Shown here: positions 8,642 through 17,265 of the stretch, piece by piece | Layout of the letters: every line of letters starts with the position of its first letter | Position numbering within the stretch: position 1 is the first letter of the stretch | Assembly (NCBI GenBank): GCA_051439505.1 | Contig: JBFRWI010000160.1 | Span: 8,160-72,159, forward strand | Direction of reading: 5' to 3' | Source: Hormoscilla sp. | GTDB lineage: Bacteria > Cyanobacteriota > Cyanobacteriia > Cyanobacteriales > Desertifilaceae | Length of the DNA stretch: 64,000 nucleotides | Made by a program: the position numbers and the translations under genes | Notes under the pieces: generated by a model | Told to the model about the DNA's origin: nothing | The model's database searches: none | Seen by the model: the letters and a program-made list of their open reading frames with translations, nothing else

Positions 8642-11600
8642 ATGGCAAGCAATATTTTTCCAAGCAATCGCGTTTATAAATTTCTCAACGTCGAGGAATA
8701 CTTTGACGGATATGGTGGCTACAAAGCATGGGATAAACTCGGAGATGCAAAAAGTCCTTCCTTTGACGGGAAATATACATTGAGCCTGAAGTTCGACAAG
8801 GCCAGTGGAGGCGAGTGCCTCATGTTGATTGAGATCAGTCAGAACGATGTCTTGCGGGTGCGCTTTAACCCAACAAAAAGTGCAGTAGGGGATTACGCCA
8901 CATCCACTCACCTGGACGATCACGAGACAGACGAGGAGATCCTGAGGAACAAGCAACGCACTGTAACTTACAAAAATAACGGAAATCAGGTAGTCCTGAC
9001 GGCGACTAGCCAGTATAATCAGGTTGGCAAGGATACACCCTTCGTGATGGAAGTGGCGATCACTTTGGCTCCATTCGGAATCAAGGTGTTCAACAAATCT
9101 AAAAGCAATTCCGAGTTTGCAGACATTCCCGTCTGGCAAACCGCAGACACTTCAATTTACTACACCGCCAATGGCACAGAGGATTATGCCATCATCCAGG
9201 CGGTGAAGAAGCCAGCCGATGGAAAGTATATTGGGTTTGGCGAACAGGGCGGAACCCAACTCGGCAAAAATATGGACCGGTTGAATTATTTCAACTTCGA
9301 TAACATGCGCTATCGACAGGTCTATAATCGCGGACCTTTAGAGAACCGCGAACCTCTTTACCACTCCGAGCCTTTCTTTTACGAGTTCAATGGCGTTGCT
9401 GGCAGCGATAACGTCAATGCAGTCCTCGTGGACAACCCGAGTCAAGTCTTAATGGATATCGGCTATAGCAACGCCGGTCGCTATATGTTCGGGACTCGCT
9501 TTGGCGACCTTGACTATTACGTGTTGTTGGGAGAAGACCCGAAGAATATTTTAGATAGCTTTACCGCCTTCATCGGTCGCCCGGAGTTGAAACCGCGCTA
9601 CGCCCTGGGATATCACCAAGGTTGCTATGGGTACGAATGTGCGGCAGACCTCAAGTGGGCTGTGGAAAAATATCGGGAGTATCAAATTCCCCTTGATGGT
9701 CTTGCGGTGGATGTGGATCTCCAAGAAAACTACCGGACTTTCACCATCAAGCCGGATTACCAAACGAATAAGAACAACCGGTCTGAGCAAACCTTCGGCA
9801 GTCACAAGGAAATGTTCAGTTGGTTGCGGGAGAAGGGAGTTAAGTGCAGCACCAACATCACCCCCGTGATCAGCAGCCAAGATAAAGACAACCCAAGTCA
9901 CTACTCAACCTACGACGAGGGACTCAAAAACGGCTACTTCGTGATGGACAAGCGGTACGATCCAGACAATCCCGAAAGCAAAGAGTACCAAATCTATGGT
10001 GGCGGTAACGAATACCGTTCCAACAAAGAATGGTATCAGTGGCCAGATCCCGAAGGATTCAATAGTGGCAACCCTTACATTGGCGAAGTATATTACGGGG
10101 ACTACAATGGAGAACCGCTGGGAAGCCCGGGTCATTACTCCGATCTAGGCCGTCCAGAAGTGCGCGAATGGTGGGGCAAGCAATATAAATACCTGTACGA
10201 GCAGGGTCTAGAATTTGTTTGGCAGGATATGACTACTCCAGCTATCCGCGACACCCGTGGAGATATGAAGGGCTTTCCATTCCAGCTGTATGTGACTAAC
10301 GACTTTTACCCCTCAGACGTCAAACAAAGCCCAGCCCTCAAGGTTTGGAATTTGTATTCGTACAATCTCCACAAGGCCACCTACGAAGGACTCAATAACC
10401 TGTACCAACTATCCGACGAACTGAAGTGGCGGGAAAACAAGCGCAACTTTATCATCGGACGAGGCAGTTTTTGTGGTTCTCACAAGTATGCTGGCTTATG
10501 GACCGGGGATAACTCCTCAGAATGGGATTTCCTCCAGATGAATATCTCCCAAGTCCTGTCTCTGGGCATGAATGCCTTGGCAGTCACCGGGCAAGATATC
10601 GGCGGTTTTGAGCAAGAATCTGGTAACGACGAGCAGGGTTGGGCGAGTCCAGAACTGTTGATTCGCTGGACTGCTGCGGGGGCCTTCTTACCCTGGTTCC
10701 GCAACCACTACGTCCGCAAAGGGCGCAAAGATTTCCAAGAACCATTCCAATATGTAGAGTGGTTTAACGGCAATCCCCCAGCACCCCAAGACTTGTACCG
10801 CATGGTTCCCGACATTTGCCGGCATTACATTGAATTGCGCTACCGGCTGATGCAGCTGTTCTATGATGCATTGTTTGAGAACACCCTGGATGGTATGCCC
10901 ATCTGTCGTCCCTTGTTCCTCAACGATCCTCAAGACAAGTCTCTCTACAACGATAAAGACCAATTCCTCAACGACGAGTTCTTTGTTGGCAAGGATTTCC
11001 TCGTTGCTCCAGTCTTGCGGCCTCAGAGTGAATGTAATGGTGGCAAGCGGGATGTCTATCTGCCCCAAGGTAGCTACTGGTATAACTTCAAGAACAACGT
11101 TCAGTCCCTGACCGCTCCGGAAGAAGGCGGAACGGTGTTGCGCGATTTTGATGCCAACATCAATATGGAAGGCCAGCACATTAACTTTATCGTTCCCATC
11201 TACATCCGGGAGGCAGCGATTATTCCCACAATCGAGCTGGAACAATATGTGGGAGAACGGAACGCCAATGGACAGACGAACCCCATTACCCTGAACGTAT
11301 ATCCAGACGTGCAGCGGAATGGAGGGGAATATCATATGTACTTGGATGATGGGGAGAGCCGTTCTTCTGCCCCGAAATCTCAAGTGGACGATCCCAAGGC
11401 GAACGACGAATACCGCCACACTGTGATTACCAACGCATACAGTGGGGACAAGACCCGGGTGATTAAAGTAGAGCGGGTCCACGACGGATATACGCCTATG
11501 GAGGACTTTTTCTTCGTAGCAGTATTGCACGATCCTGGCGAACAAAAGGGAACCCACGGTCCGTTGACGAGCATTAGTATCGGCACGCAACAGCTACCGA

Positions 11601-11731
11601 TTGTGAGTGACAGTGGTGCCCTCTGGGGTTCTGGCAGCAACAGCTGGTATTACAACGAGAGCCTCAACATCAGTTTCGTCAAGGTGTTCGATAGCAGCAA
11701 GTCGATCGCCATCAAGGCGAACTACGTGTAA
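8642..11731 (+). CDS. GH31 family alpha-1,4-glucan lyase-like enzyme (EC 4.2.2.13 type)
   Basis: Nucleophile motif GLEFVWQDMTTPAI, acid motif GLWTGDN, plus YSYNLHKAT, KRNFIIGRGS, GQDIGGF and PWFRNHY. The WQDMT(T/V) motif is typical of algal/fungal lyases rather than WIDMNE glucosidases. Start moved to ATG 8642 because GTG 8525 overlaps the upstream gene. Confidence 0.85.
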   Translation: MASNIFPSNRVYKFLNVEEYFDGYGGYKAWDKLGDAKSPSFDGKYTLSLKFDKASGGECLMLIEISQNDVLRVRFNPTKSAVGDYATSTHLDDHETDEEILRNKQRTVTYKNNGNQVVLTATSQYNQVGKDTPFVMEVAITLAPFGIKVFNKSKSNSEFADIPVWQTADTSIYYTANGTEDYAIIQAVKKPADGKYIGFGEQGGTQLGKNMDRLNYFNFDNMRYRQVYNRGPLENREPLYHSEPFFYEFNGVAGSDNVNAVLVDNPSQVLMDIGYSNAGRYMFGTRFGDLDYYVLLGEDPKNILDSFTAFIGRPELKPRYALGYHQGCYGYECAADLKWAVEKYREYQIPLDGLAVDVDLQENYRTFTIKPDYQTNKNNRSEQTFGSHKEMFSWLREKGVKCSTNITPVISSQDKDNPSHYSTYDEGLKNGYFVMDKRYDPDNPESKEYQIYGGGNEYRSNKEWYQWPDPEGFNSGNPYIGEVYYGDYNGEPLGSPGHYSDLGRPEVREWWGKQYKYLYEQGLEFVWQDMTTPAIRDTRGDMKGFPFQLYVTNDFYPSDVKQSPALKVWNLYSYNLHKATYEGLNNLYQLSDELKWRENKRNFIIGRGSFCGSHKYAGLWTGDNSSEWDFLQMNISQVLSLGMNALAVTGQDIGGFEQESGNDEQGWASPELLIRWTAAGAFLPWFRNHYVRKGRKDFQEPFQYVEWFNGNPPAPQDLYRMVPDICRHYIELRYRLMQLFYDALFENTLDGMPICRPLFLNDPQDKSLYNDKDQFLNDEFFVGKDFLVAPVLRPQSECNGGKRDVYLPQGSYWYNFKNNVQSLTAPEEGGTVLRDFDANINMEGQHINFIVPIYIREAAIIPTIELEQYVGERNANGQTNPITLNVYPDVQRNGGEYHMYLDDGESRSSAPKSQVDDPKANDEYRHTVITNAYSGDKTRVIKVERVHDGYTPMEDFFFVAVLHDPGEQKGTHGPLTSISIGTQQLPIVSDSGALWGSGSNSWYYNESLNISFVKVFDSSKSIAIKANYV

Positions 11732-11777
11732 GATAGAGTTGGGTTAGGAAGTCCTAATTCAATCATCTTCGGTGAGT

Positions 11778-11823
11778 GAGAGCGAGTCGGATAAGAGCGA
11801 TAACTAGCTTCCGACTCGCTCTC
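11778..11823 (+). terminator. 14-bp perfect inverted repeat downstream of the lyase gene (terminator or mRNA-stabilising hairpin)
   Basis: gagagcgagtcgga ... tccgactcgctctc. Confidence 0.55.
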
Positions 11824-11906
11824 CTAGTTTGTCTGTGCTTTAGATAACCAAGCTTTATCTGGGATAAGCATTGTGAGTTTGTTGAAGAGTTGTCAGGAGA
11901 TAGTCG

Positions 11907-12443
11907 ATGAGTTCTATAAATCCTTTGGGGATTTGGAAGTGGTTAAAAGCCGGGATCTTAACTACTGCGATCGCGATCGGGCTTTGCTGCGCGTGTTTTG
12001 CAAATCCAGTCCTGGCGGATGCTTCTGTTGGGAACGCGGAACCGATCTCGAACAATTTGGTGGCCTATTACCCGGGTGCAAATGAAACGACAGAGGAAAC
12101 GAAAAAGTTATGGCAACACCACATTAACGCATGGGAGGCACGAGACTTAGATGGCATTATGACTGAATATCGGGAAGACTCCATATTTATTCGGAATAAT
12201 AAGGTTTTCAAAGGGATTGCAGAAATCCGCAGTGTTTTTCGTAATCTCTTCGGCTTATTTGACAATGGCAGTAACATCATCGATCCTGCTGTGCTTGAAG
12301 AAGAAATTATCTACATTACTTGGCACTTTACGCCTAACAACGATCGCGAGTACTATGGAACGGACAGCTTTGTCGTGCAAAACGGCATCATTAAATACCA
12401 AACGATTGCTTCTCTACTGTATGAAAAATACTTAGTAGAATAA
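11907..12443 (+). CDS. NTF2/SnoaL-like fold protein with N-terminal signal peptide
   Basis: Signal-like segment ending ..NPVLA-DA; WQHHINAWEARDLDGIMTEYREDSIFI..FKGIAEIR..GTDSFVVQNGIIKYQT is a SnoaL-like pattern. Confidence 0.75.
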   Translation: MSSINPLGIWKWLKAGILTTAIAIGLCCACFANPVLADASVGNAEPISNNLVAYYPGANETTEETKKLWQHHINAWEARDLDGIMTEYREDSIFIRNNKVFKGIAEIRSVFRNLFGLFDNGSNIIDPAVLEEEIIYITWHFTPNNDREYYGTDSFVVQNGIIKYQTIASLLYEKYLVE

Positions 12444-12708
12444 AAACCCTAGATATCTGAGGTTCGATGTAATTTACATCATGCAGCTATTCCCCTTATT
12501 GACTGCGTGATTTGTCGAGACAGAAAATACAAAAGCATCTGTCTCGGCCAAGATATCAATTACTTCTGCTAACTTCCCTTCTTTGTTGAAAACGAGCAGC
12601 CGATCGAGGCGATCGCCCGATGAGAGATGTTGAATAGGAACAGTATAAATCTTGGGTATCATGGGTTATATTCGTTCGTAGTAAGCGCTTTAGCGCTTAT
12701 TTGTCAGA

Positions 12709-13386
12709 TTAATCAAAAGCGGGTAATTGCCACATTTGGGGTTGAAACTCAGTTAATGAATTGAGAACCTGGTGCGCATTACGATACAATTGTTTATCCA
12801 TGCTAGAATGAGGCACGGCGACAACGGACATGCCAGCAGCGATCGCGGCTTTCACCCCGGCCAAAGCATCTTCAAACACCAGACATGCTGCCGGGTCAGC
12901 CCCCAGGCGTTGGGCGGCAATTAAGAAAATATCCGGTGCGGGTTTTCCTCGCCCGATCGCGGGGTCATCACCTTTAACGATACAGTCAAACAGGGCTAAC
13001 CATTGAGTATGATTGCTAGTTTTCAGATCGAAAGAAAAACCAGCGGAACTGGTGGCCACGGCCTGCCGAACGTGATGTTGATGCAAATGTTGGGTCAGGC
13101 GCACCGCACCCGGAAGGGGTTGGGCATGGGGCAATAGATCGCGAAGCAATGGTTCTCTTTCTCGGAGAAAACTTTCCGGAGTCAGGGGCAACTCTAGCAT
13201 TTCAATTATCGTCCGGGCTGAGTTGAGGGCGTTTCTGCCGGCTATCTGAGATTTTACCGACTCGGACAGGGTCTTGCCGTAGCGATGGGCGATCGCCTGA
13301 TAGACTTGAGCGTAAATAGGTTCGGTATCTAGCAGCAGACCATCTAGATCGTAAATGACGTGAGTAATTTTTTTGAAGTCAGGCAT
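12709..13386 (-). CDS. HAD-IA family hydrolase/phosphatase (GS1/HDHD1-like)
   Basis: IYDLDGLLLDTE, VATSS, GKPAPDIF, VFEDALAG. Confidence 0.9.
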   Translation of the reverse strand: MPDFKKITHVIYDLDGLLLDTEPIYAQVYQAIAHRYGKTLSESVKSQIAGRNALNSARTIIEMLELPLTPESFLREREPLLRDLLPHAQPLPGAVRLTQHLHQHHVRQAVATSSAGFSFDLKTSNHTQWLALFDCIVKGDDPAIGRGKPAPDIFLIAAQRLGADPAACLVFEDALAGVKAAIAAGMSVVAVPHSSMDKQLYRNAHQVLNSLTEFQPQMWQLPAFD

Positions 13387-13426
13387 GGGCAGATGTCAGG
13401 ACGGGTAGCAATAGAAATATCGAGTT

Positions 13427-14068
13427 TCATGTTGCAGTATTGGGGCGAAACAATAGGCTCAACTCGAAATCATCTGATAGCTTCAGCTTTTCTTTTAGCA
13501 TATAGCCGAAATGTTCGTACATGAGGATATTCTGTTGGGTATCGGTTTCCACCCACACTCCCGTTGATGTGGGGTGTGACTCAGATAAGGCGTGAATGCG
13601 ATCGAGCAATTGGCGGCCAAAGCCGAGGCCCTGAAAATCCGGGTGAACGGCGAGCATCACCAGGTGATAATAGGGTGCAGTAGGGTAATGTGGTTCGACC
13701 GCCATCATCAATCTTAGCAGCCGCCAGACAGCAGGCAATCCTGCCCCCAGAGTTAGCCGCACTAGCAGTCGCAGTCCGCCCCAAGGGTCTGCTGTGACTG
13801 CGGGCTCGTAGATGGCGGCCAGGCCAATAACTCGATCCTCTAGCATGACTGCCCACAGCGGCTGTCCGGTAGCCGCAAGCATATCCAAAAACAGCCGCAA
13901 GTACAGGCGGGTGACTTGCCGTTTGCGATCGCCTGTTACCCGAAAGAGGTAGTCGATGGTAGGCTGGGCCGCGAGGGTATCAGCTAACATAGTTGTCGCT
14001 TCGGAATGTCTGGAGGCAGGAAGATCTATAACTCTAGCGGCATGCTTGGATCTGTCTGAAGCGGTCAT
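13427..14068 (-). CDS. GNAT family N-acetyltransferase
   Basis: YHLVMLAVHPDFQGLGFGRQLL...NILMYEHFGY; start set at ATG 14068 to avoid overlap with the hisD-like gene. Confidence 0.85.
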   Translation of the reverse strand: MTASDRSKHAARVIDLPASRHSEATTMLADTLAAQPTIDYLFRVTGDRKRQVTRLYLRLFLDMLAATGQPLWAVMLEDRVIGLAAIYEPAVTADPWGGLRLLVRLTLGAGLPAVWRLLRLMMAVEPHYPTAPYYHLVMLAVHPDFQGLGFGRQLLDRIHALSESHPTSTGVWVETDTQQNILMYEHFGYMLKEKLKLSDDFELSLLFRPNTAT

Positions 14069-14136
14069 GGTGAATTGACTTGGCAGATTTTGATATGATG
14101 TAGCAATATAATACTTCACCCATAAGGAGGCTTGTA

Positions 14137-15444
14137 GTGGTAAGGGTTCTCCGACTCGACCAGATGACATCAGCAGAACTCTCTTCGTTGAAAAGACGGG
14201 CGGAGTTGGATATTGAAAAGGCCCTGACGGTGGCCAAAGAGGTCATTGACAAGATTCGCTCTTCAGGGGATGCTGGGGTACTGGAATACGTCCGCAAGTT
14301 TGACTTTCCCGAGGCCCAACTGGATAATCTCAAGGTGAGCGATCGGGAGTTTGCGGCGGCCAGGGAACAGATCGATCCTGCCATTAAATCGGCAATAGAA
14401 CAAGCATTTGCCAATATCCGCCAAGTTCACCAGGGCCAGATGCCCGAGGAAATGCGACTGGCAGAAGTTGAGGCGGGAATATTCGCGGGAGAGAAGGTAA
14501 CCCCTGTTGCTAGTGCGGGACTTTACGTTCCCAGAGGTAAGGGTGCGTTCCCCTCGGTGATGCTGATGCTGACAGTTCCGGCGATGGTGGCCGGGGTGCA
14601 AAAAGTAATCGTCTGCACGCCCCCCGATAAAAATGGCAATATCGAACCAGTTTCCCTAGTAGCTGCCGAGATGGCCGGAGTCAAGGATGTCTATAAGTTG
14701 GGGGGGATACAGGCGATCGCGGCCATGGCATTGGGAACGGAAACTATCCCCAAGGTGGACAAGATCACGGGTCCGTGCAATATCTACGGTTCCGCAGCTA
14801 AGCGGTTATTATACGGCACGGTGGACGTGGGACTGCCCGCTGGACCCAGCGAGTCAATTATTCTGACGGACGAACATACCGATCCCCAGTTAGCATCTCT
14901 GGATCTGCTGGTAGAGGCGGAACATGGTCCCGACTCCGCCGCCCTGTTGGTTACTCACAGTGAGGACCTGGCCGCCAAAGCAGCAGAGTACGTACCGAAT
15001 TATCTGCAAAAGCTGCCCGACTGGCGTCGGGAATTCTGCGAAACGGGACTTTCATCCTATGGCGGCATCCTGCTGACTTCTAGCTTGGCAGAGTCGATCG
15101 CCTTTGTCAATGACTATGCCCCGGAACATCTGGAAGTGCTAGTCAAGGATCCTTTGAGTATTCTCGGACAAATTAAGAATGCGGGTGAGATTTTGCTCGG
15201 TCCCTACACCCCCATTCCTACAGCGAATTACTGTCTGGGTGTGAATGCTATTCTGCCTACGGGAGGTTTTGCCCGATCGTACTCTGCTGTGTCTGTCTGG
15301 GACTTCCTCAAGCGATCGGGCATCGGCTATCTGACCAAAGAAGGGTTCGATCGCTTGCAGCATACAACCCAAACTTTAGCAGATTATGAGGGTTTTCCTG
15401 CCCACGCCATGGCCATTCGCGAACGAGAACATCTGTTAAAGTAA
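14137..15444 (+). CDS. hisD: Histidinol dehydrogenase family protein (non-canonical paralogue)
   Basis: AGLYVPRGKGAFPS, LPAGPSE, EAEHGPDS, YAPEHL, EGFPAHA; some canonical active-site residues are altered. Confidence 0.85.
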   Translation: MVRVLRLDQMTSAELSSLKRRAELDIEKALTVAKEVIDKIRSSGDAGVLEYVRKFDFPEAQLDNLKVSDREFAAAREQIDPAIKSAIEQAFANIRQVHQGQMPEEMRLAEVEAGIFAGEKVTPVASAGLYVPRGKGAFPSVMLMLTVPAMVAGVQKVIVCTPPDKNGNIEPVSLVAAEMAGVKDVYKLGGIQAIAAMALGTETIPKVDKITGPCNIYGSAAKRLLYGTVDVGLPAGPSESIILTDEHTDPQLASLDLLVEAEHGPDSAALLVTHSEDLAAKAAEYVPNYLQKLPDWRREFCETGLSSYGGILLTSSLAESIAFVNDYAPEHLEVLVKDPLSILGQIKNAGEILLGPYTPIPTANYCLGVNAILPTGGFARSYSAVSVWDFLKRSGIGYLTKEGFDRLQHTTQTLADYEGFPAHAMAIREREHLLK

Positions 15445-15472
15445 ACTCCAAATCTCTCGCTTTCCCGCTACA

Positions 15473-15524
15473 CCGCCGGGGGTTCAAACCCCCGGCTAAT
15501 AGCTGAAGTCGGTTAAAACCGACT
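15473..15524. repeat. Double-hairpin REP-like repeat, family A (CCGCCGGGGGTTCAAACCCCCGG-CTAATAGCT-AAGTCGGTTAAAACCGACT)
   Basis: Two hairpins; other copies at 16043-16094 (inverted), 25205-25256, 25518-25569, 26638-26710, 31924-31995 and 61799-61850. Confidence 0.85.
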
Positions 15525-15679
15525 AAAAAATTGTCTCGCATTCGGAATACAAATTGACCGAAAAGTTGTATTTGTAGGGTGGGCGCGGTGCCTGTCATTT
15601 GCGGGTGTGGGCAACAACCACCAACTGACCCATGACCACACCCCACATCGACGCCCTTGCAGATATGCTGAGTAACAGC

Positions 15680-15934
15680 ATGAAATATAAAATATACGAT
15701 GAAATCAGGACATTGGTGGATGCAAATTCAGATTGAGGCGATCGCCTCATTCCCAAGGGGAGAATGGGAGCGATCGTATAATGTTACGAACATCCTGTAG
15801 AAGGTTACGCAGTCGATTTGGCAATCACCGATAAAAGGTGGGTGTCCGGTTTCGACTATGAAAACGTCATCCTTTATCCCGACCAATTCGAGGTAGTCAG
15901 TCTTGTTTCATCGGGTTTGGTCAAAAGTAGTTGA
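15680..15934 (+). pseudogene. Small DUF4926-like gene with two in-frame stops
   Basis: MKYKIYDEIRTLVDANSD*GDRLIPKGRMGAIV*CYEHPVEGYAVDLAI...ENVILYPDQFEVV; stops at 15734 (TGA) and 15779 (TAA). Confidence 0.55.
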
Positions 15935-16042
15935 AGAGAACGTGTTTTACCCTCGTTCCCACCGCTGCGCGACAGATGCGACAAACAAAATCTGTTGGGT
16001 TTCGTGCCTCAACCCAACCTACAGATGCGACAAAAGATTTTC

Positions 16043-16094
16043 AGTCGGTTTTAACCGACTTTAGCTATTAGCCGGGGGTTTGAACCCCCGGCGG
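16043..16094. repeat. REP-like family A copy, inverted relative to 15473-15524
   Basis: agtcggttttaaccgactttagctattagccgggggtttgaacccccggcgg. Confidence 0.85.
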
Positions 16095-16145
16095 GCTGAC
16101 AGCGAAGTTACCAATTAACCGGCGGGCTGACAGCGAAGTTATTAA

Positions 16146-17072
16146 CTAACGCTTGCTTCTCATGCGGGCCCAGCGGGTCATATGCCAAATCATGATAAAC
16201 AAAGTACCAGAAACCAAGGCTCCCAAATTCCATTTCACGGAATTCTTGAGCAGGGCCTGTCTGCGGTTAGCCCGAACTGTTTCAGATTGAATGCGCATAG
16301 TTTCCTCTGCCCTGGCAATTTGGGTCAGTAATTGTCCCTTTAATTCTTGAGGAGCATCTATTTCCGGTAAAGGACTTTGACGAGTAATGGCAGATATCAT
16401 CTCTTTAATCTCATCATCCGTATCAGCTTGCTCTAACTCGTATTTTATTGGTTGCAACCGCTCATTTTGCCGTACAAATTGGGCAGAAATTTGAGCATTG
16501 TTAGCCTTATAGATCCGCAACGTGTTGTTAATTCCCAAGGGGAGACTCAGCAAGTAAATTAACCCCAGCAGCAAGGAAACCCAGGATAAAAACCGCAACA
16601 AGTGCAATGACTTTCGATCGACAGTCCCAGAGGGGCGATAAAAGACAAGCATTAGCCCGAGCAAAGGAACCGGTACGCGCTCGACCATGCGCCCGATCGC
16701 CTGAAATTCCCAGAAGGGGTTAGTAAAGTTGGGGGGATAAATAATTTGAAGATAGTCAAACAATGCTAAGATTAACAAACCGTAGCCGACTAAGGCCAGT
16801 AAAGAATAGGAACGTGTACTGGCGGATGCCGAAAGAGAGACTAAGAAATTTTTATCCCCTGTTGGTGACTGGGTCTGGTGCGGTGAAGGAACCTTGTTAG
16901 GGTCGAACCAGCCCCCTAGCAAAGTTGAGTCGGACGACCGATCCTCGGAATCTTCAGATGCAGGGGGCTGTTCGACTGGGGGAGATTTAGGTTCTGCGGA
17001 AGTCCCAGGGGGCTGTTCGACTGGGGGAGAGTTCTGTTCTTCGGAAAACTGATCTGGCTGAACTATAGACAT
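16146..17072 (-). CDS. HpsJ-family membrane protein (cyanoexosortase/hormogonium polysaccharide associated)
   Basis: VGYGLLILALFDYLQIIYPPNFTNPFWEFQAIGRMVERVPVPLLGLMLVF...LLKNSVKWNLGALVSG. Confidence 0.75.
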   Translation of the reverse strand: MSIVQPDQFSEEQNSPPVEQPPGTSAEPKSPPVEQPPASEDSEDRSSDSTLLGGWFDPNKVPSPHQTQSPTGDKNFLVSLSASASTRSYSLLALVGYGLLILALFDYLQIIYPPNFTNPFWEFQAIGRMVERVPVPLLGLMLVFYRPSGTVDRKSLHLLRFLSWVSLLLGLIYLLSLPLGINNTLRIYKANNAQISAQFVRQNERLQPIKYELEQADTDDEIKEMISAITRQSPLPEIDAPQELKGQLLTQIARAEETMRIQSETVRANRRQALLKNSVKWNLGALVSGTLFIMIWHMTRWARMRSKR

Positions 17073-17265
17073 AAGACGCGATCGGATGTAATAATAAAAT
17101 CACAAATTACATTGAGCAGATAATCTGCACAATCAATCTTCACCCCGCTCCCGGAAGGCAGATGATGTGAAAGTGAGGGATTGATATGATAAGATTGAAC
17201 TGCCTCTATTAATAAGATCCAATTATAATCAAGACAGTTTCGGCTAATGCAGGAGAAAATCACCC

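Noticed and set aside
10688..11590. 300-aa minus-strand ORF and other long antisense ORFs (e.g. 2299-2973, 29618-30397, 38862-39611, 51770-52402)
   Set aside because: Shadow ORFs opposite well-supported genes.
12474..12662. 62-aa minus-strand ORF
   Set aside because: Short, no recognisable motif; insufficient support.
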